In this document: positions 27,940 through 38,775 of the stretch, in pieces
Layout of the letters: every line of letters starts with the position of its first letter
Position numbering within the stretch: position 1 is the stretch's first letter
Source of the DNA: Escherichia phage vB_EcoM_TU01
Length of the DNA: 64,000 bases
Sequence record: MZ560701
Direction: 5' to 3' (one strand)
The notes under the pieces: model-generated
Told to the model about the DNA's origin: nothing
Database searches by the model: none
The model's input: the letters and a program-made list of their open reading frames with translations, nothing else
Position numbers and translations under genes: made by a program

Positions 27940-29624
27940 AATCATTTAAATTAAATCGTGTTCGTTATCAAAATATCATGTCGGTAGGCGGGAATCCTAT
28001 TGATATCCAATTAGATAAAGTCCAAAAGACATTAATCACTGGTAAAAATGGCGGTGGTAAATCTACGATGTTAGAAGCCATTACTTTCGGACTTTTCGGT
28101 AAACCATTTCGTGATGTTAAGAAAGGGCAAATCATTAATAGCACGAACAAGAAAGAGCTCTTAGTTGAGCTTTGGATGGAATTCGATGGTAAAAAATACT
28201 TCATTAAACGTGGCCAAAAGCCCAATATTTTCGAAATCTCCGTTGACGGTGTTCGTCTTGATGAATCTGCCAGCAGTCGTGACTTCCAAGAAGAATTTGA
28301 ACGTAGCATCGGAATGTCATACGCGTCTTTTAAACAAATCGTTGTGCTTGGGACGGCAGGGTATACCCCTTTCATGGCTCTTAGCACCCCTGCTCGTAGA
28401 AAACTTGTCGAAGACCTTTTAGAAGTCGGCACACTCGCTGAAATGGATAAAATCAATAAGTCTCAAGTTCGAGAACTTAATTCCCAGGGACAAGTTCTCG
28501 ATGCCAAGAAAGATGGTGTTATCCAACAAATTAAGATTTATAACGAGAATATCGAACGTCAAAAGAAATTATCTGGTGATAATGTAGCGCGTCTACAGAA
28601 TATGTATGACGACCTAGCCAAAGAAGCTCGTTCATTAAAAGCAGAAATTGAAGAAGCTAACGAGCGTCTACTTAATATCGTTCTTGACGAAGACCCTACT
28701 GAGGCATTCAACAAGATCGGACAAGAAGCACTCTTGATTAAATCTAAAATTGACTCATATAACAAAGTTATTAAGATGTATCATGATGGTGGTACATGTC
28801 CTACTTGTGCATCACAGTTGCACCAGGGTGATCCTATTGTCTCTAAGATTACCAATAAGCTTCACGAATGTAATCACTCATTCGAGCAACTTACATGTCA
28901 CAGAGATAATCTGAGTGTCCTAGTGGACGAATATAGAGCTAATGTTAAGACTAAACAGGACCTTGCATCTGATATTCGTACCAAGAAACAAGCAATGATT
29001 GCCACTATTGATAAAGCTAAGAAAGTTAAAGCTGCAATAGAACAAGCCTCGGCGGAATTTATCGACCATGCCGATGAGATAGCTTTGCTTCAAAAAGAAC
29101 TTGATAAAATCATTAAAACAAAATCAGATATCGTTCTTGAAAAATACCATCGTGGTATTATCACAGATATGTTAAAAGATTCTGGTATTAAAGGTGCTAT
29201 CATTAAAAAATATGTGCCTCTGTTCAACAAGCAGATTAACCATTATCTTAAAATCATGGAAGCTGATTACGTGTTTTCTATTGACGAAGAATTCAATGAA
29301 TCTATAAAATCACGTGGTCGTGAAGATTTTAGTTATGCTTCATTTAGTCAAGGTGAAAAAGCACGTATCGATATCGCATTGTTGTTTACATGGCGAGATA
29401 TTGCTGAAAAGGTCTCTGGCGTTAAAATCAACACTCTGATTCTTGATGAGGTTTTTGACGGCGCTGTTGATTCTGAGGCTGTTAAGGCTATAGATACCAT
29501 TCTTGGAAGTTTACAAAACACTAATGTGTTCATTATCTCTCATCGAGACCATGACCCTCAACGGTATGGACAGCATCTTCAGATGAGCAAAGTTGGACGA
29601 TTTACGGTAATGACTGTTTCATAA
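27936..29624 (+). CDS. 46: recombination ATPase gp46 (Rad50/SbcC-like)
   Basis: Walker A GKNGGGKSTMLEAITFGLFG, central coiled coil with CPTC zinc hook, C-terminal LILDEVFDG. Confidence 0.95.
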   Translation: MKSFKLNRVRYQNIMSVGGNPIDIQLDKVQKTLITGKNGGGKSTMLEAITFGLFGKPFRDVKKGQIINSTNKKELLVELWMEFDGKKYFIKRGQKPNIFEISVDGVRLDESASSRDFQEEFERSIGMSYASFKQIVVLGTAGYTPFMALSTPARRKLVEDLLEVGTLAEMDKINKSQVRELNSQGQVLDAKKDGVIQQIKIYNENIERQKKLSGDNVARLQNMYDDLAKEARSLKAEIEEANERLLNIVLDEDPTEAFNKIGQEALLIKSKIDSYNKVIKMYHDGGTCPTCASQLHQGDPIVSKITNKLHECNHSFEQLTCHRDNLSVLVDEYRANVKTKQDLASDIRTKKQAMIATIDKAKKVKAAIEQASAEFIDHADEIALLQKELDKIIKTKSDIVLEKYHRGIITDMLKDSGIKGAIIKKYVPLFNKQINHYLKIMEADYVFSIDEEFNESIKSRGREDFSYASFSQGEKARIDIALLFTWRDIAEKVSGVKINTLILDEVFDGAVDSEAVKAIDTILGSLQNTNVFIISHRDHDPQRYGQHLQMSKVGRFTVMTVS

Positions 29625-29666
29625 ACGCTTTAACACGATGTGGTTATAATGACCACATCAAATTAA

Positions 29667-29867
29667 ATGGAGAACAACATGGAGTATTCAACCGGACAAC
29701 ATCTTCTCGTTGTCCCTGAAATTAAAAAATATGTTTTGACCAACACGTTTTCAGGTGAAGAACATATTGTTACTGAACAAATGCTCAAATCTGCTTTTAA
29801 AGATGAGTATAATAAAATAATGTCTAATCGCAATTCCGCATGGACAGTTACCGACTTCTACGAATAA
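29667..29867 (+). CDS. hypothetical protein
   Basis: GGAGAA RBS. Confidence 0.45.
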   Translation: MENNMEYSTGQHLLVVPEIKKYVLTNTFSGEEHIVTEQMLKSAFKDEYNKIMSNRNSAWTVTDFYE

Positions 29868-29879
29868 GAGAGAAATAAT

Positions 29880-30296
29880 ATGTTTACTACTGCTAAAGGT
29901 TTCACTGCTGCTGATCTGAAAGTTACTTCTATCCGTACTGACGCTAACCCACATAACCATAATCGTGTTCGTAAAGCATGGGTCCTGCATTGTGATGACG
30001 CAAGTGCTAAAAAACTCCAATCTTTGCCACAAGAAACTCGTTTTATGATTTATGGTTTTATTGATAACGATGTATCTGATATGTGGATTCATCTGATGCG
30101 TAAGCACTATAAAGATTCTATTGAAGCCGGCGGAAAAATCGTTCTTGATAAAGATGGTTCTGAGCGTCTGGAAGATCTCTACTGTGTTGATGCCGACGAA
30201 CAACTAATTGCAGCTGGCGAAATTGTTGCTTCTAAAATTCCAGAATATATTGAATCACTGCCTGAAGCTATTAAAAAGCAGATGGTTGCTGCATAA
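29880..30296 (+). CDS. rpbA: RNA-polymerase-binding protein A (by position and size)
   Basis: 138-aa ORF immediately upstream of gene 45 as in T4; assignment by synteny. Confidence 0.6.
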   Translation: MFTTAKGFTAADLKVTSIRTDANPHNHNRVRKAWVLHCDDASAKKLQSLPQETRFMIYGFIDNDVSDMWIHLMRKHYKDSIEAGGKIVLDKDGSERLEDLYCVDADEQLIAAGEIVASKIPEYIESLPEAIKKQMVAA

Positions 30297-30338
30297 TAAA
30301 TTTGTTATAAACTTTGAATTGTCTTGAAAGGAAATAAA

Positions 30339-31025
30339 ATGAAACTGTCTAAAGATACTATCGCTATTCTGAAAAACTTTGCCTCTATTAACTCCGGCAT
30401 TCTGCTGAGTCAAGGTAAATTTATTATGACTCGTGCAGTTAATGGCACCACTTATGCGGAAGCAAATATCTCTGATGAAATTGATTTTGACGTAGCACTT
30501 TATGATTTGAATAGCTTCTTAAGCATTTTGAGTTTAGTGTCTGATGATGCTGAAATTTCAATGCACACCGATGGCAATATTAAAATTGCAGATACACGTT
30601 CCACAGTTTATTGGCCTGCCGCTGACAAGAGCACCATTGTTTTTCCTAATAAGCCAATTCAATTCCCAGTGGCTTCTGTGATTACTGAAATTAAAGCCGA
30701 AGACCTTCAACAATTGCTTCGAGTTTCACGCGGTCTTCAGATTGATACAATTGCTATTACAAATAAAGATGGTAAAATTGTTATCAATGGCTATAATAAA
30801 GTTGAAGATTCTGGACTAACTCGTCCTAAGTATTCTTTGACTCTTACCGATTATGATGGTTCTAACAATTTTAACTTCGTAATCAATATGGCTAATATGA
30901 AAATCCAGCCAGGTAACTATAAAGTAATGTTGTGGGGAGCTGGTGATAAAGTTGCAGCCAAGTTTGAAAGCTCTCAAGTAAGTTATGTTATTGCGATGGA
31001 AGCCGATTCTACTCACGACTTCTAA
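30339..31025 (+). CDS. 45: sliding clamp gp45
   Basis: MKLSKDTIAILKNFASINSGILLSQGKFIMTRAVNGTTYAEANISDEIDFDVA... matches T4 gp45. Confidence 0.95.
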   Translation: MKLSKDTIAILKNFASINSGILLSQGKFIMTRAVNGTTYAEANISDEIDFDVALYDLNSFLSILSLVSDDAEISMHTDGNIKIADTRSTVYWPAADKSTIVFPNKPIQFPVASVITEIKAEDLQQLLRVSRGLQIDTIAITNKDGKIVINGYNKVEDSGLTRPKYSLTLTDYDGSNNFNFVINMANMKIQPGNYKVMLWGAGDKVAAKFESSQVSYVIAMEADSTHDF

Positions 31026-31100
31026 GTCAAAGCTTTACGTTTAATGTGATACTATTATGGAGGAGAAATCCTCCAGTTTAATGATAATGAGGAAAATTAC

Positions 31101-32063
31101 ATGATTACTATCAATTCCAAAGAACACATTCTAGAACAGAAATATCGTCCTTCTTCCATTGACGAATGTATTCTGCCTGCGTATGACCATGAAACATTCA
31201 AGTCTTTAGTATCTAAAGGAAAACTTCCTCATATTATTTTGCACTCTCCTTCTCCTGGCACAGGTAAAACAACCGTAGCAAAAGCATTATGTAATGATAT
31301 CAATGCCGAAATGATGTTCGTCAATGGTTCTGATTGTAAGATTGATTTTGTGCGGGGTCCGTTAACCGCATTCGCTCGTTCAGTCTCAATGGAAGGCAAG
31401 CCTAAAGTTATTGTTATTGATGAATTTGACCGTAGTGGCCTCGCCGAATCACAACGTCACCTTCGTACGTTTATGGAAGAATTCTCTAGTAACTGCTCTA
31501 TTGTTATTACGGCTAACAACATCGATGGAATTATTGAACCATTACGTAGTCGTTGTCGAGTTATCGAATTCGGACGTCCAACCGAAGAAGATAAAATCTC
31601 GATGATGAAGAAAATGATTCATCGTATGGTTGAAATCTGTAAGAACGAAAATATCGAAATCGCTGATATGAAAGTTGTTGCAGCTCTGGTTAAAAAGAAC
31701 TTCCCAGACTTTCGTCGTACAATTGGTCAATTAGACCAGTACTCGTCTAAAGGTGTTCTTGATGCGGGTATTTTGTCTATCGTAACTAATGACCGTGGCA
31801 CAGTCTCTGATGTTATCGAAGCAATGAAGAACAAAGATATCAAACAGCTTCGTGCATTAGCTCCAAAATATGCCGCAGATTATTCATGGTTCATCGATAA
31901 ATTAGTTTCAGAATGTTATGACCAAGTTGCACCTGGTAAAAGTATTATTTCGCTTTATGAAATTGCAGGCGAAAACAATAAGTTTCATGGATTAGCAAGT
32001 AATATTGAATTACATGTTATGTATATGCTTCTTCAACTGACCTGCGAACTGACTTGGAAATAA
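31101..32063 (+). CDS. 44: clamp-loader large subunit gp44 (AAA+)
   Basis: [26 protein letters not shown]...[16 protein letters not shown]...VIVIDEFDR matches T4 gp44. Confidence 0.95.
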   Translation: MITINSKEHILEQKYRPSSIDECILPAYDHETFKSLVSKGKLPHIILHSPSPGTGKTTVAKALCNDINAEMMFVNGSDCKIDFVRGPLTAFARSVSMEGKPKVIVIDEFDRSGLAESQRHLRTFMEEFSSNCSIVITANNIDGIIEPLRSRCRVIEFGRPTEEDKISMMKKMIHRMVEICKNENIEIADMKVVAALVKKNFPDFRRTIGQLDQYSSKGVLDAGILSIVTNDRGTVSDVIEAMKNKDIKQLRALAPKYAADYSWFIDKLVSECYDQVAPGKSIISLYEIAGENNKFHGLASNIELHVMYMLLQLTCELTWK

Positions 32064-32064
32064 T

Positions 32065-32628
32065 ATGAACTTATTCGATGATGACGTCCGGCTTAACGAG
32101 CACCAAATTGCATGGAAGTCTAATGACGCTGATGCGATTCAAAAATGTGCTGATATGTTTAAAGAAAAACCTGAGAATGAATTCTTTAAAATCATTAATG
32201 CTATTAATGAAAAGAAATCTATGTCAATTGCTCAGGTCGACTACTCAAAATTTATGGTTGAGAACTCATTATCCCAGTTCCCAGAATGTATGCCAGCTGT
32301 TTACATGATGAACTTAGTCGGTTCTGAATTAAGTGATGAAGCGCACTTCAACTATATGATGGCGGCAATTCCGCGTGGTCGTCGATTCTCTAAATGGGCT
32401 AAACTAGTCGAAGACACTTCAGAGTTACTAGTTATCAAACTGTTGATGAAACGTTACACAATCAACATGAATGATGCTACCGAGTATAAGCGGCTCCTTG
32501 AAAAAAATAACAAGTTGCCAATAGTCCTTAAAGAACTGAAGGCCATGGTCACTGATGAGTTTCTCAAAGAAGTTACAAAAAATGTGAAAGAACAAAAACA
32601 ATTTAAAAAATTAGCATTGGAATGGTAA
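32065..32628 (+). CDS. 62: clamp-loader small subunit gp62
   Basis: matches T4 gp62 (…[30 protein letters not shown]…LKKLALEW). Confidence 0.9.
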   Translation: MNLFDDDVRLNEHQIAWKSNDADAIQKCADMFKEKPENEFFKIINAINEKKSMSIAQVDYSKFMVENSLSQFPECMPAVYMMNLVGSELSDEAHFNYMMAAIPRGRRFSKWAKLVEDTSELLVIKLLMKRYTINMNDATEYKRLLEKNNKLPIVLKELKAMVTDEFLKEVTKNVKEQKQFKKLALEW

Positions 32629-32630
32629 AA

Positions 32631-32999
32631 ATGATTGAAATTAAATTGAAGAACCCTGAAGATTTTCTGAAAGTCAAAGAGACTTTGACCCGTATGGGCA
32701 TCGCTAATAACAAGGATAAAGTCCTTTACCAGTCTTGTCATATCCTCCAAAAGCAAGGTAAATATTACATCGTCCACTTTAAAGAAATGCTGCGTATGGA
32801 CGGACGACAGGTTGATATTGATGGTGAAGACTATCAGCGACGTGATTCGATTGCTCAGTTGCTTGAAGACTGGGGATTGATTGTTATTGAAGACTCTGCT
32901 CGTGAAGATCTGTTTGGCCTGACTAATAACTTCCGTGTTATCTCTTTTAAACAGAAAGATGACTGGACTTTGAAAGCAAAATATACAATTGGTAATTAA
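32631..32999 (+). CDS. regA: translational repressor RegA
   Basis: MIEIKLKNPEDFLKVKETLTRMGIANNKDKVLYQSCHILQKQGKYYIVHFKEMLRMDGRQV... matches T4 RegA. Confidence 0.92.
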   Translation: MIEIKLKNPEDFLKVKETLTRMGIANNKDKVLYQSCHILQKQGKYYIVHFKEMLRMDGRQVDIDGEDYQRRDSIAQLLEDWGLIVIEDSAREDLFGLTNNFRVISFKQKDDWTLKAKYTIGN

Positions 33000-33002
33000 A
33001 GC

Positions 33003-33033
33003 AATGGGACTTCGGTCCCATTTGGAGTATAAT
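33003..33033 (+). promoter_or_regulatory. 8-bp hairpin with UUCG loop followed by TATAAT, between regA and gene 43
   Basis: AATGGGAC-TTCG-GTCCCATT (33003-33022), TATAAT 33028-33033; could be terminator/processing site or gene-43 control element. Confidence 0.45.
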
Positions 33034-33080
33034 AAGTTCATCAACAAACAAAAGACAATAACTCGTCTAAAGGAAATTAA

Positions 33081-35792
33081 ATGAAAGAATTTTACTTAAC
33101 GGTTGAACAGATTGGTGATTCAATTTTTGAACGTTACATCGATTCTAATGGCCGTGAACGTACTCGTGAAGTAGAATATAAACCATCACTGTTTGCTCAT
33201 TGTCCAGAAAGTCAGGCTACGAAATATTTCGATATCTACGGTAAGCCGTGTACTCGTAAGTTGTTCGCTAATATGCGTGATGCCTCCCAATGGATTAAAC
33301 GCATGGAAGATATCGGACTTGAAGCACTTGGCATGGACGATTTCAAATTGGCGTATTTGTCTGACACTTATAACTATGAAATCAAATACGACCATACAAA
33401 AATTCGTGTGGCTAACTTCGACATCGAAGTAACATCTCCGGACGGGTTCCCTGAGCCGTCACAAGCAAAACATCCGATTGATGCTATCACCCATTATGAC
33501 TCAATTGACGACAGGTTCTACGTATTTGATCTATTGAATTCTCCATATGGTAATGTAGAAGAATGGTCTATCGAAATCGCTGCTAAGCTTCAAGAACAAG
33601 GCGGTGATGAAGTTCCATCCGAAATTATCGATAAAATCATTTATATGCCGTTCGATAACGAAAAAGAATTGTTGATGGAATATCTCAACTTCTGGCAACA
33701 GAAAACTCCTGTCATTTTGACTGGATGGAACGTTGAGTCATTTGATATTCCATATGTGTATAACCGAATCAAGAATATTTTTGGCGAATCTACTGCGAAA
33801 CGTTTATCACCACATCGTAAAACTCGTGTTAAAGTTATCGAAAACATGTATGGTTCTCGTGAAATCATTACATTGTTCGGTATCTCTGTTCTTGATTACA
33901 TTGACCTTTACAAAAAATTCTCTTTTACCAATCAACCGTCGTATTCTCTGGATTACATTTCAGAATTTGAATTGAACGTTGGTAAACTGAAATATGACGG
34001 CCCTATTTCTAAGCTTCGTGAAAGCAATCACCAACGATACATTTCTTATAACATTATCGACGTGTATCGTGTATTGCAAATTGATGGTAAACGTCAGTTC
34101 ATTAACTTGAGCTTGGACATGGGTTATTATGCTAAGATACAGATTCAATCTGTGTTTAGCCCAATTAAAACATGGGATGCTATTATTTTTAATAGCCTTA
34201 AAGAGCAGAACAAGGTGATTCCACAAGGTCGTTCTCACCCGGTTCAACCTTATCCTGGCGCTTTTGTTAAGGAACCTATTCCAAATCGATACAAATATGT
34301 GATGAGCTTCGACCTCACATCTCTGTATCCAAGTATTATTCGCCAAGTGAATATTAGCCCAGAAACAATAGCAGGAACGTTTAAAGTAGCTCCATTGCAT
34401 GATTATATTAACGCTGTTGCTGAACGTCCTTCTGATGTGTACAGTTGTTCTCCTAACGGCATGATGTATTATAAAGACCGTGACGGTGTTGTTCCAACTG
34501 AAATCACTAAGGTCTTTAATCAACGTAAAGAACATAAAGGTTANATGCTTGCAGCTCAACGTAATGGTGAAATAATTAAAGAGGCATTGCATAATCCTAA
34601 TCTTTCTGTTGACGAACCATTAGATGTTGATTATCGTTTCGACTTCAGTGATGAGATTAAAGAAAAGATTAAAAAGTTGTCTGCTAAATCTCTTAATGAA
34701 ATGTTGTTTAGAGCTCAACGTACTGAAGTTGCAGGTATGACTGCACAGATTAACCGTAAATTGCTTATCAACTCNCTTTATGGTGCACTTGGAAACGTNT
34801 GGTTCCGTTATTANGATTTGCGTAATGCTACTGCAATCACAACATTCGGGCAAATGGCTTTACAGTGGATTGAACGTAAAGTTAATGAATATCTGAATGA
34901 AGTTTGTGGCACAGAAGGTGAAGCTTTCGTTCTTTATGGTGATACAGACTCTATTTACGTATCTGCNGATAAAATTATCGATAAGGTTGGTGAATCTAAA
35001 TTCCGTGATACCAACCATTGGGTAGACTTCTTAGATAAGTTTGCACGTGAACGTATGGAACCAGCTATTGATAGAGGTTTCCGTGAAATGTGTGAATATA
35101 TGAACAATAAACAACACTTAATGTTCATGGACCGAGAAGCTATCGCTGGTCCTCCGCTCGGTTCTAAAGGTATTGGTGGATTCTGGACTGGTAAGAAACG
35201 TTATGCATTAAACGTGTGGGATATGGAAGGTACTCGTTACGCTGAACCTAAGCTTAAAATCATGGGTCTCGAGACGCAGAAATCTTCGACTCCTAAAGCA
35301 GTACAGAAAGCTCTTAAAGAATGTATTCGTCGTATGCTTCAAGAAGGTGAAGAATCATTACAAGAATATTTTAAAGAGTTTGAAAAAGAATTCCGTCAAT
35401 TGAATTATATTAGCATCGCGTCGGTATCTTCTGCGAATAACATTGCTAAATATGATGTAGGTGGATTCCCTGGTCCCAAATGTCCGTTCCATATTCGTGG
35501 AATTCTGACGTATAACCGGGCTATCAAAGGTAATATCGATGCACCGCAAGTTGTAGAAGGTGAAAAAGTATATGTTCTGCCTTTACGTGAAGGAAACCCA
35601 TTCGGTGATAAATGTATCGCATGGCCTTCTGGTACTGAAATCACAGATTTAATTAAAGACGACGTACTTCATTGGATGGACTACACTGTTCTCCTTGAGA
35701 AGACATTTATTAAACCACTTGAAGGATTCACATCAGCAGCGAAACTCGATTACGAGAAGAAAGCATCTCTGTTCGATATGTTCGATTTTTGA
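33081..35792 (+). CDS. 43: DNA polymerase gp43 (family B), RB69-type
   Basis: 903-aa ORF; exo motifs FDIEV, YNIIDV; pol motifs DLTSLYPSI, KLLINSLYGALGN, YGDTDS; N-terminus MKEFYLTVEQIGDSIFERYID matches RB69 gp43 as recalled. Confidence 0.98.
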   Translation: MKEFYLTVEQIGDSIFERYIDSNGRERTREVEYKPSLFAHCPESQATKYFDIYGKPCTRKLFANMRDASQWIKRMEDIGLEALGMDDFKLAYLSDTYNYEIKYDHTKIRVANFDIEVTSPDGFPEPSQAKHPIDAITHYDSIDDRFYVFDLLNSPYGNVEEWSIEIAAKLQEQGGDEVPSEIIDKIIYMPFDNEKELLMEYLNFWQQKTPVILTGWNVESFDIPYVYNRIKNIFGESTAKRLSPHRKTRVKVIENMYGSREIITLFGISVLDYIDLYKKFSFTNQPSYSLDYISEFELNVGKLKYDGPISKLRESNHQRYISYNIIDVYRVLQIDGKRQFINLSLDMGYYAKIQIQSVFSPIKTWDAIIFNSLKEQNKVIPQGRSHPVQPYPGAFVKEPIPNRYKYVMSFDLTSLYPSIIRQVNISPETIAGTFKVAPLHDYINAVAERPSDVYSCSPNGMMYYKDRDGVVPTEITKVFNQRKEHKGXMLAAQRNGEIIKEALHNPNLSVDEPLDVDYRFDFSDEIKEKIKKLSAKSLNEMLFRAQRTEVAGMTAQINRKLLINXLYGALGNXWFRYXDLRNATAITTFGQMALQWIERKVNEYLNEVCGTEGEAFVLYGDTDSIYVSXDKIIDKVGESKFRDTNHWVDFLDKFARERMEPAIDRGFREMCEYMNNKQHLMFMDREAIAGPPLGSKGIGGFWTGKKRYALNVWDMEGTRYAEPKLKIMGLETQKSSTPKAVQKALKECIRRMLQEGEESLQEYFKEFEKEFRQLNYISIASVSSANNIAKYDVGGFPGPKCPFHIRGILTYNRAIKGNIDAPQVVEGEKVYVLPLREGNPFGDKCIAWPSGTEITDLIKDDVLHWMDYTVLLEKTFIKPLEGFTSAAKLDYEKKASLFDMFDF

Positions 35793-35832
35793 TATAATGA
35801 CATGGACGGTAAACTAATTAAATGAGAGAAAT

Positions 35833-36468
35833 ATGAAAACTACTCCTATTACTATCGCTATTGACGCAATCATAAAACAAGCTTCTTCTTTGGCCGCTAT
35901 GGCCAAAGTAATTAGTCAAAACCCTGCTCGTTATAATGCTATTCTAGAAACTCTTCGACGCCCAGGACTTAGNAATTANGAAAGCCGAGTAATTATTACA
36001 GGTGTTGGTAAGAATGCTAATATTGCAACTAAAGCTTCTGAGACATTTGCTTCACTCGGTATCCCGAGTATGTACTTGAACACCGGGCATTATTCTCACG
36101 GTGATGCAGGATTCATTGCGCCTAATGATGTGTTGATTCATATTAGTCGTTCTGGTAAAACTGAAGAAATGATAGGCGTTGCTAAGCATCTTAAAATGAT
36201 TCGTCCGAACGTCAAACAGATTCTGTTGCATTGTAACCCAGACATTCCACAAGAAAATGAAGCCCTTTTTGATTACTCTTTCTGTACAGGCATCGCAGTA
36301 GAGGTTGATGAGAATTCTCTGGCTCCGACTATGTCCACTACATTGTTGTTAGCGCTTATCGATACTTTTGCTATCAACCTTTCGTCTGAGCGTGGATTTA
36401 CCTCTAATGACTTCCTTAAGTTCCACCCTGGTGGTGCACTAGGTGCCATGTTACGAGGCGAACAATGA
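35833..36468 (+). CDS. SIS-domain sugar-phosphate isomerase (KpsF/GutQ/KdsD-like, no CBS domains)
   Basis: VIITGVGKNANIATKASETFASLGIPSMYLNTGHYSHGDAGFIAPNDVLIHISRSGKTEEM is a canonical SIS domain. Confidence 0.8.
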   Translation: MKTTPITIAIDAIIKQASSLAAMAKVISQNPARYNAILETLRRPGLXNXESRVIITGVGKNANIATKASETFASLGIPSMYLNTGHYSHGDAGFIAPNDVLIHISRSGKTEEMIGVAKHLKMIRPNVKQILLHCNPDIPQENEALFDYSFCTGIAVEVDENSLAPTMSTTLLLALIDTFAINLSSERGFTSNDFLKFHPGGALGAMLRGEQ

Positions 36469-36608
36469 AAGCAATAACAATAGGACTTTTACTATTGATG
36501 CTTGTCATGACTATCTACTGGAGCTTAACGGCTCCAGTAATGATTCCAACACTTGTAATTGGATGGATTATGATTGGACTACAAGCAAAGTATGAATGCT
36601 TTAACTAG
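36465..36608 (+). CDS. 47-aa hydrophobic micropeptide (candidate)
   Basis: MKAITIGLLLLMLVMTIYWSLTAPVMIPTLVIGWIMIGLQ; ATGA overlap with SIS gene. Confidence 0.3.
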   Translation: MKAITIGLLLLMLVMTIYWSLTAPVMIPTLVIGWIMIGLQAKYECFN

Positions 36609-36649
36609 AATAGTGTACAATACTCCTACTTACCAATGAGGACNNCAAC

Positions 36650-38335
36650 ATGAAAAAAGCTGTTATTCTTGGTGCTGGACTGGCAACTCGTTTGTATCCA
36701 ATAACGCATCATATTCCTAAGGTGCTTGTTAACTATAAACAAGACACTATTCTGAGCAATTTGTATACAATTTATTCTGACCTTGGCGCAGATGAAATTA
36801 TTGTAGTAGTTCATTCAAAATTTGCTGAAACTGTTCGAGCTTATTGTGAGCAAGAAGGGTTCAATGTGACTATTCGTACAGTTGATGAAGCGTATGGTTC
36901 TGCTTATGCTCTTGCTAAATTACACAAAGATTTAGACGGCCATAATGTAATTGTTAACTGGTGTGATATTATTCCTGATTTTGGTTCATGGTCTTGGAAT
37001 GTTAACGCAATCTATGTTAAGGGTGATGAATGTCGATATAATTTCGACGGTGAAAATATCACTAACGTAGGTTCAACAGGTGGTAATGTTGTAGGAATTT
37101 ATCAGTTCAAAGACTGGGAATTCTATATGGGTTCTACTGATGAGGAAATTCATGAATACTGCAAAGGACGTGATTTCGTAGAATTCCTTTACGGCAGCGC
37201 ATTCAATAAATCAGAGCTTATGAATCTAATTGATTTAGGTGATATGCCTAAACTTGAAAAAGCTCATGAAGTTCGTGAACTTAATCGTAGTTTTAATGCA
37301 GTTGAAATTGGTGAAGAAACTGTAACTAAATTCGCATTAACCGAACAGGGTCGAGCTCTTCAGAAAGATGAGATTTCATGGTATCTTAAAGTGAAATCAG
37401 ATTCAGTTCCTCAGTTAGTTTCTGTTAATGAAAATAACTTTGAAATGGAACGCATTAAAGGTAAGCCGGCATTTGAATATATTAAATCCAAATCGAGTCT
37501 TGCTCGTCCACAAATTGTTGATGCAATTTTAGATGCACTGAAATTCAGCACAGACACTTATTTTGTAAGTCCTGAAACTGTTCGTCGTGATTTCACTAAA
37601 GAATTCTATACGAAAGTTATTGATCGTTGTGAAAGTATTCAACCATTGATTGATTCATTTGGTAAAATCACACATGTGAACTACACTAAGATTGGACGTC
37701 TGAAGCCAATGCTGAAACAAGCTTTAGAACACCTTATTCGTTATCATAACCGTTCTCAGGGACAGTACTCTGTTATTCATGGCGACCCGAACTTCAGTAA
37801 TACTATGATTACTGATAACGGCGAAGTCAAGTTTATCGACCCTCGTGGATATTTTGGTGAAACCAAGATTTACGGGCCAAAATTGTACGATGAAGCTAAA
37901 GTGCTTTATGCTGTTTCAGGTTATGATGAATTCAACGCTAATCCGACCTGGGGACAGTTTACTATTGACGAAACAACTTGTAATGTGACTATTAACATCA
38001 ATCCATTAATTTACAAATATGGAAAGCTGAGTTCGTTTAACGAGTATCATCATTTGGCCGTAGCAATTATCTGGATTGCATTAGGTGGTTATTTCAAGAA
38101 TAATCCACTTAAAGCGGTAGCCGCATATTATAAAGGTATGGAACTTCTGACTAAGCAATTACGTAACATGGGCCGTGTACTTCAAGACGGCTCTATTAGT
38201 TATGACGTAGCAGAACCTGTAACGGCTACTCTGATTACAAAAAATCCTGGTAAATGGGTACTAACTGATAAAGAAACTGGTGTTTCCTATCGTCCAATCG
38301 GTGGCGATATCACTCATCAATGGGAACGAATCTAA
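36650..38335 (+). CDS. bifunctional sugar-1-phosphate nucleotidyltransferase (N-term, LicC/RmlA-like) + APH/choline-kinase-fold kinase (C-term)
   Basis: N-term MKKAVILGAGLATRLYPIT...KVLV (G-x-G-T-R-L-x-P); C-term SVIHGDPNFSNTMITDNGEVKFIDPRGYFG (H-G-D-x4-N and I-D-x-R). Confidence 0.8.
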   Translation: MKKAVILGAGLATRLYPITHHIPKVLVNYKQDTILSNLYTIYSDLGADEIIVVVHSKFAETVRAYCEQEGFNVTIRTVDEAYGSAYALAKLHKDLDGHNVIVNWCDIIPDFGSWSWNVNAIYVKGDECRYNFDGENITNVGSTGGNVVGIYQFKDWEFYMGSTDEEIHEYCKGRDFVEFLYGSAFNKSELMNLIDLGDMPKLEKAHEVRELNRSFNAVEIGEETVTKFALTEQGRALQKDEISWYLKVKSDSVPQLVSVNENNFEMERIKGKPAFEYIKSKSSLARPQIVDAILDALKFSTDTYFVSPETVRRDFTKEFYTKVIDRCESIQPLIDSFGKITHVNYTKIGRLKPMLKQALEHLIRYHNRSQGQYSVIHGDPNFSNTMITDNGEVKFIDPRGYFGETKIYGPKLYDEAKVLYAVSGYDEFNANPTWGQFTIDETTCNVTININPLIYKYGKLSSFNEYHHLAVAIIWIALGGYFKNNPLKAVAAYYKGMELLTKQLRNMGRVLQDGSISYDVAEPVTATLITKNPGKWVLTDKETGVSYRPIGGDITHQWERI

Positions 38336-38721
38336 TGCACCGTGTAGAAAACATGCTTAATCTTTGTTTTGATGTCGATGATTGTATAACAGAGTGGAAT
38401 AACAATCGTGATTACGTGAACTTCAAGCCGGACGTCGAAATGGTGAATGCCATTAATGCCCTGTATGATGCAGGGCACACAATAACGCTTTACACTGCTC
38501 GCGGTATGAAGTCAGTAGGTCCTGGTCGTATAGCAATTGACATTCTCCCAAGTCTTATTCAGAACTTGGCAAACATTGGCTTGAAGTACCATAATTTGCT
38601 AACACATAAACCAGTATATGATTGGATTATCGACGACAAAGCTATGCGTCCTGACGAATTCAAAGCTCTTATGAATAAAGGCGAATTCGAAACATTTAAA
38701 TCATATAAACCGAATCTATAA
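38335..38721 (+). CDS. small HAD-superfamily phosphatase (KdsC-like size)
   Basis: LCFDVDDCIT (motif I DxDx[TV]), ITLYTARG (motif II), YDWIIDDK (motif IV); start 38335 or 38353. Confidence 0.7.
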   Translation: MHRVENMLNLCFDVDDCITEWNNNRDYVNFKPDVEMVNAINALYDAGHTITLYTARGMKSVGPGRIAIDILPSLIQNLANIGLKYHNLLTHKPVYDWIIDDKAMRPDEFKALMNKGEFETFKSYKPNL

Positions 38722-38775
38722 TAATTTAAGTAAGACCTGCAAAAACCATCGCATCAATTAACGCGAGATGCAAAA

